Made by a program: the position numbers and the translations under genes
The notes under the pieces: model-generated
What the model saw: the letters and a program-made list of their open reading frames with translations, nothing else
What the model was told of the DNA's origin: nothing
Database searches by the model: none
Source: Terriglobia bacterium
GTDB taxonomy: Bacteria; Acidobacteriota; Terriglobia; 20CM-2-55-15
Direction: 5' to 3'
Assembly: GCA_963664115.2 (NCBI GenBank)
Contig: CAXWPJ010000002.1
Location: 288,001 to 352,000, forward strand
Length of the DNA: 64,000 nt
Shown: piece after piece, positions 42,491 through 51,298 of the stretch
How the letters are laid out: every line of letters starts with the position of its first letter
How positions within the stretch are numbered: the stretch's first letter is position 1

Positions 42491-44179
42491 ATGGAACTCG
42501 AAGAGAAATCTAATGAAGTGCAGAATCTCATCGCTAGGGGGAAGGAAAAGGGCTACTTGCTCTACGAGGACGTGAGCGATCTCCTGCCGCCCCAGATGAC
42601 GGCTTCGGCCGAGGCTCTCGAGGACCTGTTTTCTGCTTTCGACGCGGCCGGAATCGAGGTGATTGAGACCGAGGATCAGTCCTTTGCGACCGAGAAGCTG
42701 ACCCCATCGAAGAGACCCACTGCGGCGACGCGCACGAATGAAGTGACGTCGGACCTCACTCCGGGCGCTCGGGACAGGACGAATGACCCGATCCGCATGT
42801 ACCTGCGTGAGATGGGCACGGTTCCCCTCTTGACGCGTGCTGGCGAAGTACAGATTGCCAAGAGGATCGAACGGGGGCAGTTGCGGGTGCAGCAGTCGCT
42901 CTCTCGCTCCCCGCTGGTAATCCAGAAGATTCTGGCTGCAGGCGAGGCGTTGAAGAAGGATCCCAGCGTCATCAAAAACCTCGCGCAATTCACCCAAGAT
43001 GATCTGACTGAGGAGAGGATCGAAGAGATCCACGGCAACGTGGTTGAGACCATTGCTCAGATCAAGAGACTCAACCGCCGAGTGGGCACGCTCCAGACGA
43101 AACTGGTATCGATTCCGAGGTCTCGAAAGGCGAGGGAGCATCATAAGGCACGCTGGAAATTGGGTCGGAAACGAGTCGAACTCTCCAGGCTTGTCCGATC
43201 TTTGGATTATTCGGCAACGGAAAAGATGGCCTTGATTCTGCTCGTGCGCGAAGCTATCAGCATCATTCGACCGTTGGAGAAACAATTGGCCCATCTGGAG
43301 CGCAGTAAGGGCCACACGAGGAAGGAATACAGGAAGAACGTCCAGAAAGAAATCCGTGCGGTCAAGCGGAAGATCAAGGCTTTCGAACAAGAGCACGATA
43401 CGACCGCCCTGGAACTACGTCGCACGCTGCAGTCGATCGTGCGCGGCCAGAACCAGGCCGAAAACGCAAAGCGGGAACTCGTAGAAGCAAACTTGCGTTT
43501 GGTCGTTTCGATCGCTAAGAAGTACTCGAATCGAGGCTTGCAGTTGCTCGACATGATCCAGGAAGGCAACGTCGGCCTGATGAGGGCTACCGATAAGTTT
43601 GAGTACCGAAGAGGGTATAAGTTTTCGACCTACGCGACCTGGTGGATCCGGCAGGGGATTACGCGGGCGATCTCCGATCAGGCAAGAACAATCCGTGTTC
43701 CGGTCCACATGATGGAGATGATTAACAAAATGATACGGACTTCCCGGATGCTGGTTCACGAATTGGGGCATGAGCCGACCAACGACGAAATTGCAGAGAA
43801 GATGGGGATCCCCGTAGGGAAGGTCCGGAAAATCATGAAGGTCGCTCAGCAACCGATCTCACTGGAAACGCCGATCGGAGAAGAGGACGATTCCCATTTG
43901 GGGGATTTTATCGAGGACCCAGGCGCGGTCTCCCCTTCCGATGCGGTGGTCAAGCTGAACCTCAATGAGATGACCGAGCAGGTCCTGAACACGCTGACGC
44001 CTCGTGAGGAGCGCATCATCAAGATGAGATTTGGCTTGGAGGACGGCAGCGAACACACCTTAGAAGAAGTTGGACAGATCTTTGGCGTGACCCGAGAGAG
44101 GATCCGTCAGATTGAAGCGAAGGCTCTCAAAAGGCTGCGCCACCCGACGAAGAGTTCGCGCCTCAGGGGCCTTTTGTGA
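42491..44179 (+). CDS. rpoD: RNA polymerase sigma-70 factor, RpoD type
   Basis: Region 1.1 GKEKGYL, 1.2 [11 protein letters not shown], 2 [15 protein letters not shown] and YATWWIRQ, 4 [22 protein letters not shown]. Confidence 0.9.
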   Translation: MELEEKSNEVQNLIARGKEKGYLLYEDVSDLLPPQMTASAEALEDLFSAFDAAGIEVIETEDQSFATEKLTPSKRPTAATRTNEVTSDLTPGARDRTNDPIRMYLREMGTVPLLTRAGEVQIAKRIERGQLRVQQSLSRSPLVIQKILAAGEALKKDPSVIKNLAQFTQDDLTEERIEEIHGNVVETIAQIKRLNRRVGTLQTKLVSIPRSRKAREHHKARWKLGRKRVELSRLVRSLDYSATEKMALILLVREAISIIRPLEKQLAHLERSKGHTRKEYRKNVQKEIRAVKRKIKAFEQEHDTTALELRRTLQSIVRGQNQAENAKRELVEANLRLVVSIAKKYSNRGLQLLDMIQEGNVGLMRATDKFEYRRGYKFSTYATWWIRQGITRAISDQARTIRVPVHMMEMINKMIRTSRMLVHELGHEPTNDEIAEKMGIPVGKVRKIMKVAQQPISLETPIGEEDDSHLGDFIEDPGAVSPSDAVVKLNLNEMTEQVLNTLTPREERIIKMRFGLEDGSEHTLEEVGQIFGVTRERIRQIEAKALKRLRHPTKSSRLRGLL

Positions 44180-44243
44180 CGGCACGGGGCTCGACTGATT
44201 TATCTTAAAATTGAAGGAACGGGTGCCGGTGCCCTGATTTCCA

Positions 44244-44456
44244 AGTTCAAGTCCTGTTGAGATCACACCCGTTGTCGGACGTTGACCTTCGCGGAAAAGT
44301 GTCTAGGACCTGGAGTAACGCCGGATTAGTAACGATAAGTCGCCTAGCGTTTAGGAATCGGGGGCATTAACGACCCAGAAGTCGGCTTAGGGGAAGTTGG
44401 CGGAGACAGAGATGACGGCTCAAGTCCTGAGAAATCATCTTCTCGGACATTGAGAG
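44244..44456 (+). repeat. Site cluster: degenerate site I (44244-44287), second-class site (44370-44397), site J (44417-44456)
   Basis: TCAAGTCCTG...TTGTCGGACGTTGA; ACGACCCAGAA-GTCGGC-TTAGGGGAAGT; CTCAAGTCCTGAGAA-ATCATC-TTCTCGGACATTGAGA. Confidence 0.8.
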
Positions 44457-44535
44457 TCGAAGCTACAACTTTCCGATAGGCCGACTGGAGTCTATGTATG
44501 CCGTCGAACCGGCATCAACACACGAAAGGATAGGG

Positions 44536-44970
44536 ATGGTTCCCTCGGAGAAAGAAATAACTGCACAAGAGTTCGAAAAGCGACTGGCGGCGCTCTGTCG
44601 CGGCACGAATTCCGGTCTGCCTAGAAAACATCGGGATCGTCACATCATATTCAGAAGTATCGTTCAGACACTCGACGCAAAGGTCATGTATTCCGAGCAA
44701 TCGCTCAACGAGGGCTTGAAGGCATGGGTGTCTGAAGTCGGCATGGGAATTGCGGTCGATCACGTAACACTTAGGCGCTATTTGGTCGATGCAGGGTATC
44801 TATGTCGTGATCGCCAAGGGACTAACTATCGGGTACAAATTGGTGGGGCTGGAGAGGTGAGATTCGAACCCTCGGTAGGCAGCGTAGATTCAGCCGCTGT
44901 CATTCATTCGGCGCGTGAGCAGGCAGCCATTCGGAAGCGCGATCGATCCGTACAATCTCCGCAGAACTGA
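44536..44970 (+). CDS. DUF2087 domain protein
   Basis: YSE..LNE.L..W and DHVTLRRYLVD.GYL.RD motifs; stop lies inside a kinase-tail repeat. Confidence 0.75.
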   Translation: MVPSEKEITAQEFEKRLAALCRGTNSGLPRKHRDRHIIFRSIVQTLDAKVMYSEQSLNEGLKAWVSEVGMGIAVDHVTLRRYLVDAGYLCRDRQGTNYRVQIGGAGEVRFEPSVGSVDSAAVIHSAREQAAIRKRDRSVQSPQN

Positions 44971-45051
44971 AGGAACGGGTCCCGACCCCCTGATTCTTGA
45001 GTTCAGGTCCTTCCAGCATTTGACACCTGGGTGTGTTGACCTGTCGCATGG

Positions 45052-45456
45052 CTATCGCTGTCGAGCTCGGGGATTGGGACCCGCGAAGAGCCTGCGGCCG
45101 TCATCAAATGTCACCGTGGAAATATTCGCTGTCGGGCTGCCGTTGCGGGCCTGCCAGCCCTCGATCTTGAGAATGGTGCCCGTCGGTAAATCTTCCTTAC
45201 GCCAGCCACTCCGAATCAGGCCATTGGCCCCGCGAGTCTCAAGCGCCCAGTTCACTACATTACCGGTCTCATCTTCCACTTCGATGTAGATCCAGGCGTG
45301 CGGGTTCGACCATTTCATCTCGATGACTCGACCCGTCAATTCAACGGGTCTGTCGATATCGAATTCGGCCGAAAACGAGTGGTGCGCGATGGCGGTTCCA
45401 GCCAATATCGTGACGCTTAAGCTGGTGGCGAGCACTGAGATGAGTATGCGATTCAT
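45052..45456 (-). CDS. DUF6152-like secreted protein
   Basis: AIAHHSFSAEFD, WSNPHAWIYIEV, W.LE. Confidence 0.85.
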   Translation of the reverse strand: MNRILISVLATSLSVTILAGTAIAHHSFSAEFDIDRPVELTGRVIEMKWSNPHAWIYIEVEDETGNVVNWALETRGANGLIRSGWRKEDLPTGTILKIEGWQARNGSPTANISTVTFDDGRRLFAGPNPRARQR

Positions 45457-45460
45457 GATC

Positions 45461-47008
45461 CTACTCCTCCGGGTTCAGACTTGATCGGTATTCGTCGCGG
45501 ACGTCCTTCAAAATTTGAAGATCGCCGTTGTCCTCTAAACAGGCGACTTCGAGCAACTCGTCCTCGGCCCGATTGAAAGGCATCTCGATGGTCCACGGCC
45601 GCGTGTATGGAATCGGGTCCGCAACCGTCGCACGGTAAACGATCTGTGTCGGGCTGACTGGCGTAAATGTCTCGACGACGGTCTGCATGTGGCTGACGAC
45701 ATCACCGGCCTCGTTGAGCCAGGCCTTGCCATTGAAATTCTTAGACTCGACAACGAGCGTATCGCCTTCCCAACGGCCAATCGAATCCCCCATCCAAAGC
45801 CGCAGTTGATCCGGCAGTGGGGGGCGCCCATCGAGCGAAATTTGCCGCCAGGACATGCGCTCGTGCAGCACCACAACGTACCCGGGAGGTTGCAAAATAT
45901 AAAACGGTGCCGGCACATAGTGCGAACGCGGCACACCTCCCACAAAACAGTGCGCTGTCGGGTCGTCGTAACCGCGATGCGGGCGCAGGCGGTCGTTCAG
46001 CTCGGAACGCGCCCAGGTTTGATATGGCAACCGACCCTCCGGTGGATCGATGACTTGACCGCGACTTGCAGGCAGCAAGAAGTCTCGCTCGTGTTCCTCG
46101 AGCCCGTAGTTCGCGCCGCCTGCGTCTGCCATGAAGTAGCCGGATATGTCGGGCGTACCGTCCCTAAGGCGCGGAATATCCTCCGACGCTTCAGGCAACG
46201 GCAGCTCGACACCCGCATCGGCATCGAAAGGCTCGTTGTCGACTGGGACCGCTGCCGGGTACCAGTTCCTGACATCACGCTCGAAAGCGCCGTTCGCCTC
46301 CTCCTTCTCTGCCTGACATTGATATTCGAGAATGCGATCCATGCCGGCCTGACGATAGAAAGCCATTCGAATCGTCCAGGGACGTGTAAACACGTTGGGG
46401 TCTTCGATTGTTGCTTCATAGTCGATCGTGTCCCCATCCCTCATGTGGTAACGCTCGGTCACACGCAGCGCGCTGCTGTGAAAATTACCGGCCGCATCGA
46501 ACCAGGTTTGATCGTTGTGATCCGTTATTTCAACGACGAGCATGTCGCCTTCCCAGCGCCCGCGTGAATTGCCCATCCACGATTCGATGCCGCCATAAAG
46601 TGGCGGCTGACCATTCGTATAAATAAGCCGGTGGACCTGCTGCCACTCGAACGTGATCGCCACATGCTCGTCCGTCTGAAAGATGTGAAACGGCCAATCC
46701 ATGTACATGACGCGCGGGGTTCCCGGCAGGAAGCAGTTGTTGAGCGGATCGGCCGTCGAGCGGTTCTCAAAATTGACCTGCCGCTCGGAGGCGGCCCAAG
46801 GCTGGTAAGGAATCGTGCCACCCTCGACGATGCTGCGGCCAGCCGGCATCGCGTTCCGCGCGACATGATCCTCGAGGTTGTAGGATGCGCGATTGGCCAC
46901 CTGCCAAATGCCCTGCAGGTTGGGCCGGCCTTCGGGGGTGCGCGGCAAGGTCTGTGCGGATGCAGAGCCCACGACGAACGCAAGCGCGATCACGGAATAA
47001 AATCGCAT
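45461..47008 (-). CDS. Secreted protein with two tandem 'WEGDTLV' domains
   Basis: PRTPEGRPNLQGIW...WEGDMLVV...LEYQC, then PRLRDGTPDISG...WEGDTLVV...LEVACLEDN. Confidence 0.85.
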   Translation of the reverse strand: MRFYSVIALAFVVGSASAQTLPRTPEGRPNLQGIWQVANRASYNLEDHVARNAMPAGRSIVEGGTIPYQPWAASERQVNFENRSTADPLNNCFLPGTPRVMYMDWPFHIFQTDEHVAITFEWQQVHRLIYTNGQPPLYGGIESWMGNSRGRWEGDMLVVEITDHNDQTWFDAAGNFHSSALRVTERYHMRDGDTIDYEATIEDPNVFTRPWTIRMAFYRQAGMDRILEYQCQAEKEEANGAFERDVRNWYPAAVPVDNEPFDADAGVELPLPEASEDIPRLRDGTPDISGYFMADAGGANYGLEEHERDFLLPASRGQVIDPPEGRLPYQTWARSELNDRLRPHRGYDDPTAHCFVGGVPRSHYVPAPFYILQPPGYVVVLHERMSWRQISLDGRPPLPDQLRLWMGDSIGRWEGDTLVVESKNFNGKAWLNEAGDVVSHMQTVVETFTPVSPTQIVYRATVADPIPYTRPWTIEMPFNRAEDELLEVACLEDNGDLQILKDVRDEYRSSLNPEE

Positions 47009-47526
47009 GATGTTCTCCGATCGTTCAATCCTACTCTCGACCACGAACGCCGCTCGTCGTTCAAGGGTTTCCCTTCAGAAAACACAGCTACCTGAAGCGT
47101 TCACGATCGAGCGTGATGATTCCCGAAACAGCATAGACGAAAAAGGACCCTTATCTCAATTACCGACAGGTACTCGAAGAGAGGTCCGAGGTGCAGAGGG
47201 TGGGAAGTCGCACGGCGGGAATGTCGCAGGTGGGGTGTGATGTTGAGCCGCACGAGGCAGGACGGCGGAATCAAGATGGTCAATCGCGCCTGGGCCGAAT
47301 CACATGGCCACATGGTATGGATGTGACCGCATCGTGGATTGGAAAATAGCACCAACGGTCCGGCCGACGCGGGTCACGAACCGGCCCGAAGGTGCCGGGA
47401 AGGTTTGTTGACAGTGATCGATTCCTTATGAGAGATTAGGCTTGCCAAAATCCTACAGGGTGCGTACATACTGAGGTCGGAGCGCAGGGAGTCCTGCGAT
47501 TGGCTCTGGGAACGGAGAGGTCTTTA

Positions 47527-48432
47527 ATGCACAGCGGGTTGAAAGTCGTAACCGTAGCTGTGGTGACGATCACCGTCATCGCTATCGTCTCTCCGGCGGT
47601 CGCGACCGCAGGCCAGACGCCGTCGGATGAGTTGTTTCCGCCCTACACGACCCCACGTACGGCGGACGGCAGACCCGACCTCGGCGGGATCTGGCAATCA
47701 TTCACCACAGCGAACCGGAATATTCTGGCGCATTCGGCGGAGCCGGGAGCACATCCCGAACTCCTGGGCGCGTGGGGCGCGAGTCGAGGGGCACTCAGCA
47801 TCGTCGAGGGCAATGAGCTGCCCTACCAGCCGTGGGCAGCAGCCCAGCAGATAGAGAATTACGAAAACCGAACCCTCGTCCAGGTCACGAACGACCCCAG
47901 TCGCTTCGACACGGGCGACCCGGAAATTCAGTGTTACCGGGCCGGCGTGCCACGCGCCAACTACATGCCGTATCCGTTTCAGATCTTTCAGACGCCAGAG
48001 CAGATTCTAATCGTGTACGAGTACAAGGGTGCGTCCCGCACCATTAACATGGATTCTGAACAGGGCGCGCCCGGTGATACGTGGATGGGTTGGTCGAATG
48101 GGCATTGGGAGGGCGACACGCTGGTCGTCGACGTAACGGGATTCAACGGCCACACCTGGTTCGATCGGGCCGGGAATTTCCATAGCGACGCCCTGCACGT
48201 GGTCGAGCGCTGGACGCGGGTCAGTGCCTACCACATGCGATATGAAGCGACCATCGAGGATCCGAATGTCTTCACGCGACCCTGGAAGATGAGCTTCCTG
48301 CTCTATCGACAGGTGGAAGAGAATGCCCGACTGATCGAGTTCAATTGCATACCTTTCGTAGAAGAGCTCATGTACGGGCCGCTCGGTTTTTTGGGCAGGC
48401 AAGAAGCAGAAAATCAAGAACCGGACGATTAG
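47527..48432 (+). CDS. Secreted 'WEGDTLV' family protein
   Basis: PRTADGRPDLGGIW, DPEIQCYRAGVPR, GHWEGDTLVV, IEFNC. Confidence 0.85.
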   Translation: MHSGLKVVTVAVVTITVIAIVSPAVATAGQTPSDELFPPYTTPRTADGRPDLGGIWQSFTTANRNILAHSAEPGAHPELLGAWGASRGALSIVEGNELPYQPWAAAQQIENYENRTLVQVTNDPSRFDTGDPEIQCYRAGVPRANYMPYPFQIFQTPEQILIVYEYKGASRTINMDSEQGAPGDTWMGWSNGHWEGDTLVVDVTGFNGHTWFDRAGNFHSDALHVVERWTRVSAYHMRYEATIEDPNVFTRPWKMSFLLYRQVEENARLIEFNCIPFVEELMYGPLGFLGRQEAENQEPDD

Positions 48433-48444
48433 GAGGGGTATGAG

Positions 48445-49563
48445 ATGGGTACTGTAGCATGGGCGCCACGGCGTGTTTCGATGCTCTTGCTGGCGGTGAT
48501 GTTGTGGGCGTCGATCCCGGTCACGGGCCAAGCCCCGCCGTCCGCGCTCATCAACCAGCGGTCAGAAGAAACCGTCGAGGCAGCCCGAGAGGCTTCTCCG
48601 CGCACTCCGGAAGAAACATTTGCGTACTTCGAGGATGAGGTCGACGAGGCGCTCGCACAAGCAATCCGGCAGGTGTGGGATCCCACCCGGATTCGACCGA
48701 ACTCCCCACGTACCCCGTGGGGCGACCCGGACCTCGGGGGATACTGGTTGAACGCGGCCTATACGCCCTTGGAACGGCCCGACGAGCTCGCAGGAAAGCC
48801 GCTGTATACGATAGAAGAAGCGATCGAAGCGTTCCGGGGATACGTCACCCGGGATGCATCCGTCGATCCGGCAACGGTGCATTATGATTGGACGGAGTTC
48901 GGGATGGACATCTGGCAGAGCCCGGTTCGACCGAACCGCCGCACGGCGCTGATCGTGGATCCGCCGGACGGGAAGCTTCCCGCTCTGACGCCTGAGGGGC
49001 GGGAACGATTACAAACGCAGGCCAGGCTGGACACACTCGAATCCCGGAGCCTGTATGAGCGCTGCATCTCCGGGAACCAGGGCCCGCCAGGGATTCCTTT
49101 CACCCAGCAAACCGGTGAGGCTCAGATTATCCAGACGCCGGACCACGTGGTACTCACCATGCAGTCGAATAGTGATGTGCGCATCATCCCCCTGGATGGA
49201 CGCCCGCGCCCTCCAGACAGCATTCGAGCTTGGTTGGGCGATGCACGCGGCCGCTGGGAGGGTGATACGCTCGTCGTTGAGACGACGAACTTCCATGAGG
49301 AGCGCAAGTGGAGAGGAGCTGCGGACAACCTGCACCTCGAGGAACGCTTCACACGAATCGACGAGGTCACACTTCTTTACGAAGCCACGATCACCGATCC
49401 GACGACGTGGGAGGCGCCCTGGACAGTGGAGTTTCCCTGGCCGAAATTGGAACCGCCGGGGCTGTTTGAGTTCGCGTGCCACGAGCAGAATTATGGCATC
49501 ATTAACGTCATGCGAGGCGTACAGGCTCGGGCAGCCGAATACGAAGCCGCGTTGGAGAGGTAA
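48445..49563 (+). CDS. Secreted 'WEGDTLV' family protein
   Basis: RTPWGDPDLGGYW, IVDPPDGKLP, YERC, GRWEGDTLVV, FEFACHEQN. Confidence 0.85.
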   Translation: MGTVAWAPRRVSMLLLAVMLWASIPVTGQAPPSALINQRSEETVEAAREASPRTPEETFAYFEDEVDEALAQAIRQVWDPTRIRPNSPRTPWGDPDLGGYWLNAAYTPLERPDELAGKPLYTIEEAIEAFRGYVTRDASVDPATVHYDWTEFGMDIWQSPVRPNRRTALIVDPPDGKLPALTPEGRERLQTQARLDTLESRSLYERCISGNQGPPGIPFTQQTGEAQIIQTPDHVVLTMQSNSDVRIIPLDGRPRPPDSIRAWLGDARGRWEGDTLVVETTNFHEERKWRGAADNLHLEERFTRIDEVTLLYEATITDPTTWEAPWTVEFPWPKLEPPGLFEFACHEQNYGIINVMRGVQARAAEYEAALER

Positions 49564-49632
49564 TCCTCAAGGAGACCTATATATCTTCGAATGGCCCAGA
49601 GCCGAAGCAGGCTTAGGGCAACGGGAGCCGCC

Positions 49633-50061
49633 ATGCGGAATGCAATCACGATAGTTTGCACGGTTGTCGCGGGTGCTGCGTTACTGTTCTCAGCGCCAGT
49701 TTCTGCACATCATTCGTTTGCAGCAGCGTACGACGAGAGTAAGCCGGTAAACCTGCAGGGAGTAGTCACTCAGGTGGAATTGGTCAACCCGCACTCCTGG
49801 ATCTGGATGGATGTGACCCAAGAAGACGGTACCGTGACCAACTGGGGGCTGGAAGGGGGTCCACCGATTAACCTCTTCAGGAACGGTGTAACGAAAGACA
49901 CCCTGCCGGTAGGGTCCGAGATCACGGTCTTTGCGTATCAGGCCAAGAGCGGAGAAAGCAAAGGCGTCGCGGTGTTCTTCGAGTATCTGGATGGACGAAA
50001 GGTGTTCATGGGCGGTTCTGCCCCGGGCGCTGATGGTAATCCAAGCCCTCGTACTCGGTAG
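49633..50061 (+). CDS. DUF6152-like secreted protein
   Basis: VSAHHSFAAAYD, VNPHSWIWMDV, WGLE. Confidence 0.85.
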   Translation: MRNAITIVCTVVAGAALLFSAPVSAHHSFAAAYDESKPVNLQGVVTQVELVNPHSWIWMDVTQEDGTVTNWGLEGGPPINLFRNGVTKDTLPVGSEITVFAYQAKSGESKGVAVFFEYLDGRKVFMGGSAPGADGNPSPRTR

Positions 50062-50120
50062 AGTTTCGGCCGGACAAGACCCACCCGCCTTGGGTGGGTG
50101 AGTGCCCACGGTGCCTTGAG

Positions 50121-50624
50121 ATGTCACTCCTCAGCTTCTGCGAATGGCTGGCGGCCACGCCGCCAAGCATCGCACTCCACGAGTCCCACTACATGTTCCT
50201 GATCGTCTTGACCGTACACGTGCTGACCCTGTGCGTGTTTGTAGGGACGGCCGTAATGATCGACCTGCGTCTTCTCGGCCTCACAATGCTACACGTGCCA
50301 GCATCGGAGGTTGTCCGACGGCTTGTCCCTTGGGCCGGCGGAGGCTTTCTGGTGATGGTTATCTCAGGATTGCTACTGTTCTATGCGGCGCCAGTGGACA
50401 GGTACGAAAATCTCTTCTTTCGGGCCAAGATGGCGATGCTGGTGCTCGCCGGTGTCAATGCGTGGGTGTTCCACAAGAAAGTGTATCGCAGCATCGCAGA
50501 ATGGGATCTGGATCCGGTCCCCCCACCGGGGGCCCGGCTGGCCGGCGGTTTGGCTTTGGCGTTGTGGGCTGGCCTTATCCTGGCGGGGCGCATGATTCCC
50601 TACCAACTCTATTGGTTTGGCTAG
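50121..50624 (+). CDS. DUF6644-like 4-TM membrane protein
   Basis: VHVL...DLRLLG, SG.LLF, F..KM, GR.IPY. Confidence 0.8.
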   Translation: MSLLSFCEWLAATPPSIALHESHYMFLIVLTVHVLTLCVFVGTAVMIDLRLLGLTMLHVPASEVVRRLVPWAGGGFLVMVISGLLLFYAAPVDRYENLFFRAKMAMLVLAGVNAWVFHKKVYRSIAEWDLDPVPPPGARLAGGLALALWAGLILAGRMIPYQLYWFG

Positions 50625-50629
50625 TGTCA

Positions 50630-51100
50630 ATGTTGGAATTCTTCGAATGGCTCCAATACTCCTCCCTGCTGGTCGCGATGCGCGGCTCGCCGTGGCTCTT
50701 TCCAATCATTGCAAGCATGCATCTGCTGGGCTTGGCCCTCCTCGGCGGAGCCGTTCTGGTGGTTGACCTGCGCCTCCTGGGGCTGGGCTTGTCGCGCCAG
50801 CCTGTCGCCAGACTTGCGCGTGACGCCGAGCGATGGTTGCTCGCCAGTCTTGCCGTAATGTTGCCGACCGGGACCCTGCTGTTCATGTGTTTCGCAACGA
50901 AGTACTACTACCTGACAGCCTTCTGGGTAAAGGTAATCTCCCTCCTCGCAGTGCTCGCCTTTACTTTCTCCGTCCGCCGCCGAGTGATCATGGCCGATGA
51001 GCGGAACATGAGCGCTATCGGGAGCAAGTTGGTAGCCCTGGCCTCACTCTCGCTGTGGACAGCCGTGGCGTTGGCGGGACGATTGATCGGGTTTCCGTAA
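50630..51100 (+). CDS. DUF6644-like 4-TM membrane protein
   Basis: MHLLG...VDLRLLG, TG.LLF, FWVK, AGRLIGF; true start inside the longer ORF. Confidence 0.8.
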   Translation: MLEFFEWLQYSSLLVAMRGSPWLFPIIASMHLLGLALLGGAVLVVDLRLLGLGLSRQPVARLARDAERWLLASLAVMLPTGTLLFMCFATKYYYLTAFWVKVISLLAVLAFTFSVRRRVIMADERNMSAIGSKLVALASLSLWTAVALAGRLIGFP

Positions 51101-51240
51101 CAGGCTTTATTGAATTCATGTCCGCGCACTCTCGTGTGGACATCGGGGCCTCGGCCCGTCAGCCGCTTTGGGGGAAGTTGATAAACCCTGCGATTGCGGT
51201 ATCTGGCGTCGACCCTTTCAATAAACTGTGGGCGGATTGC

Positions 51241-51279
51241 CCTCGAGACCTGGCAAATCATCTTCTCCGAAGTTGAGAA
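51241..51279 (+). repeat. Degenerate palindromic site K
   Basis: CCTCGAGACCTGGCAA-ATCATC-TTCTCCGAAGTTGAGAA. Confidence 0.55.
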
Positions 51280-51298
51280 CAGCCCCAGCCTCCGCGCA

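Noticed and set aside
23245-44456. CRISPR array or canonical integron attC array
   Set aside because: Repeats are separated by irregular gaps of about 0.1-6 kb, mostly containing genes; there are no cas or intI genes; and the 40-bp sites are too short and lack consistent RYYYAAC/GTTRRRY boxes.
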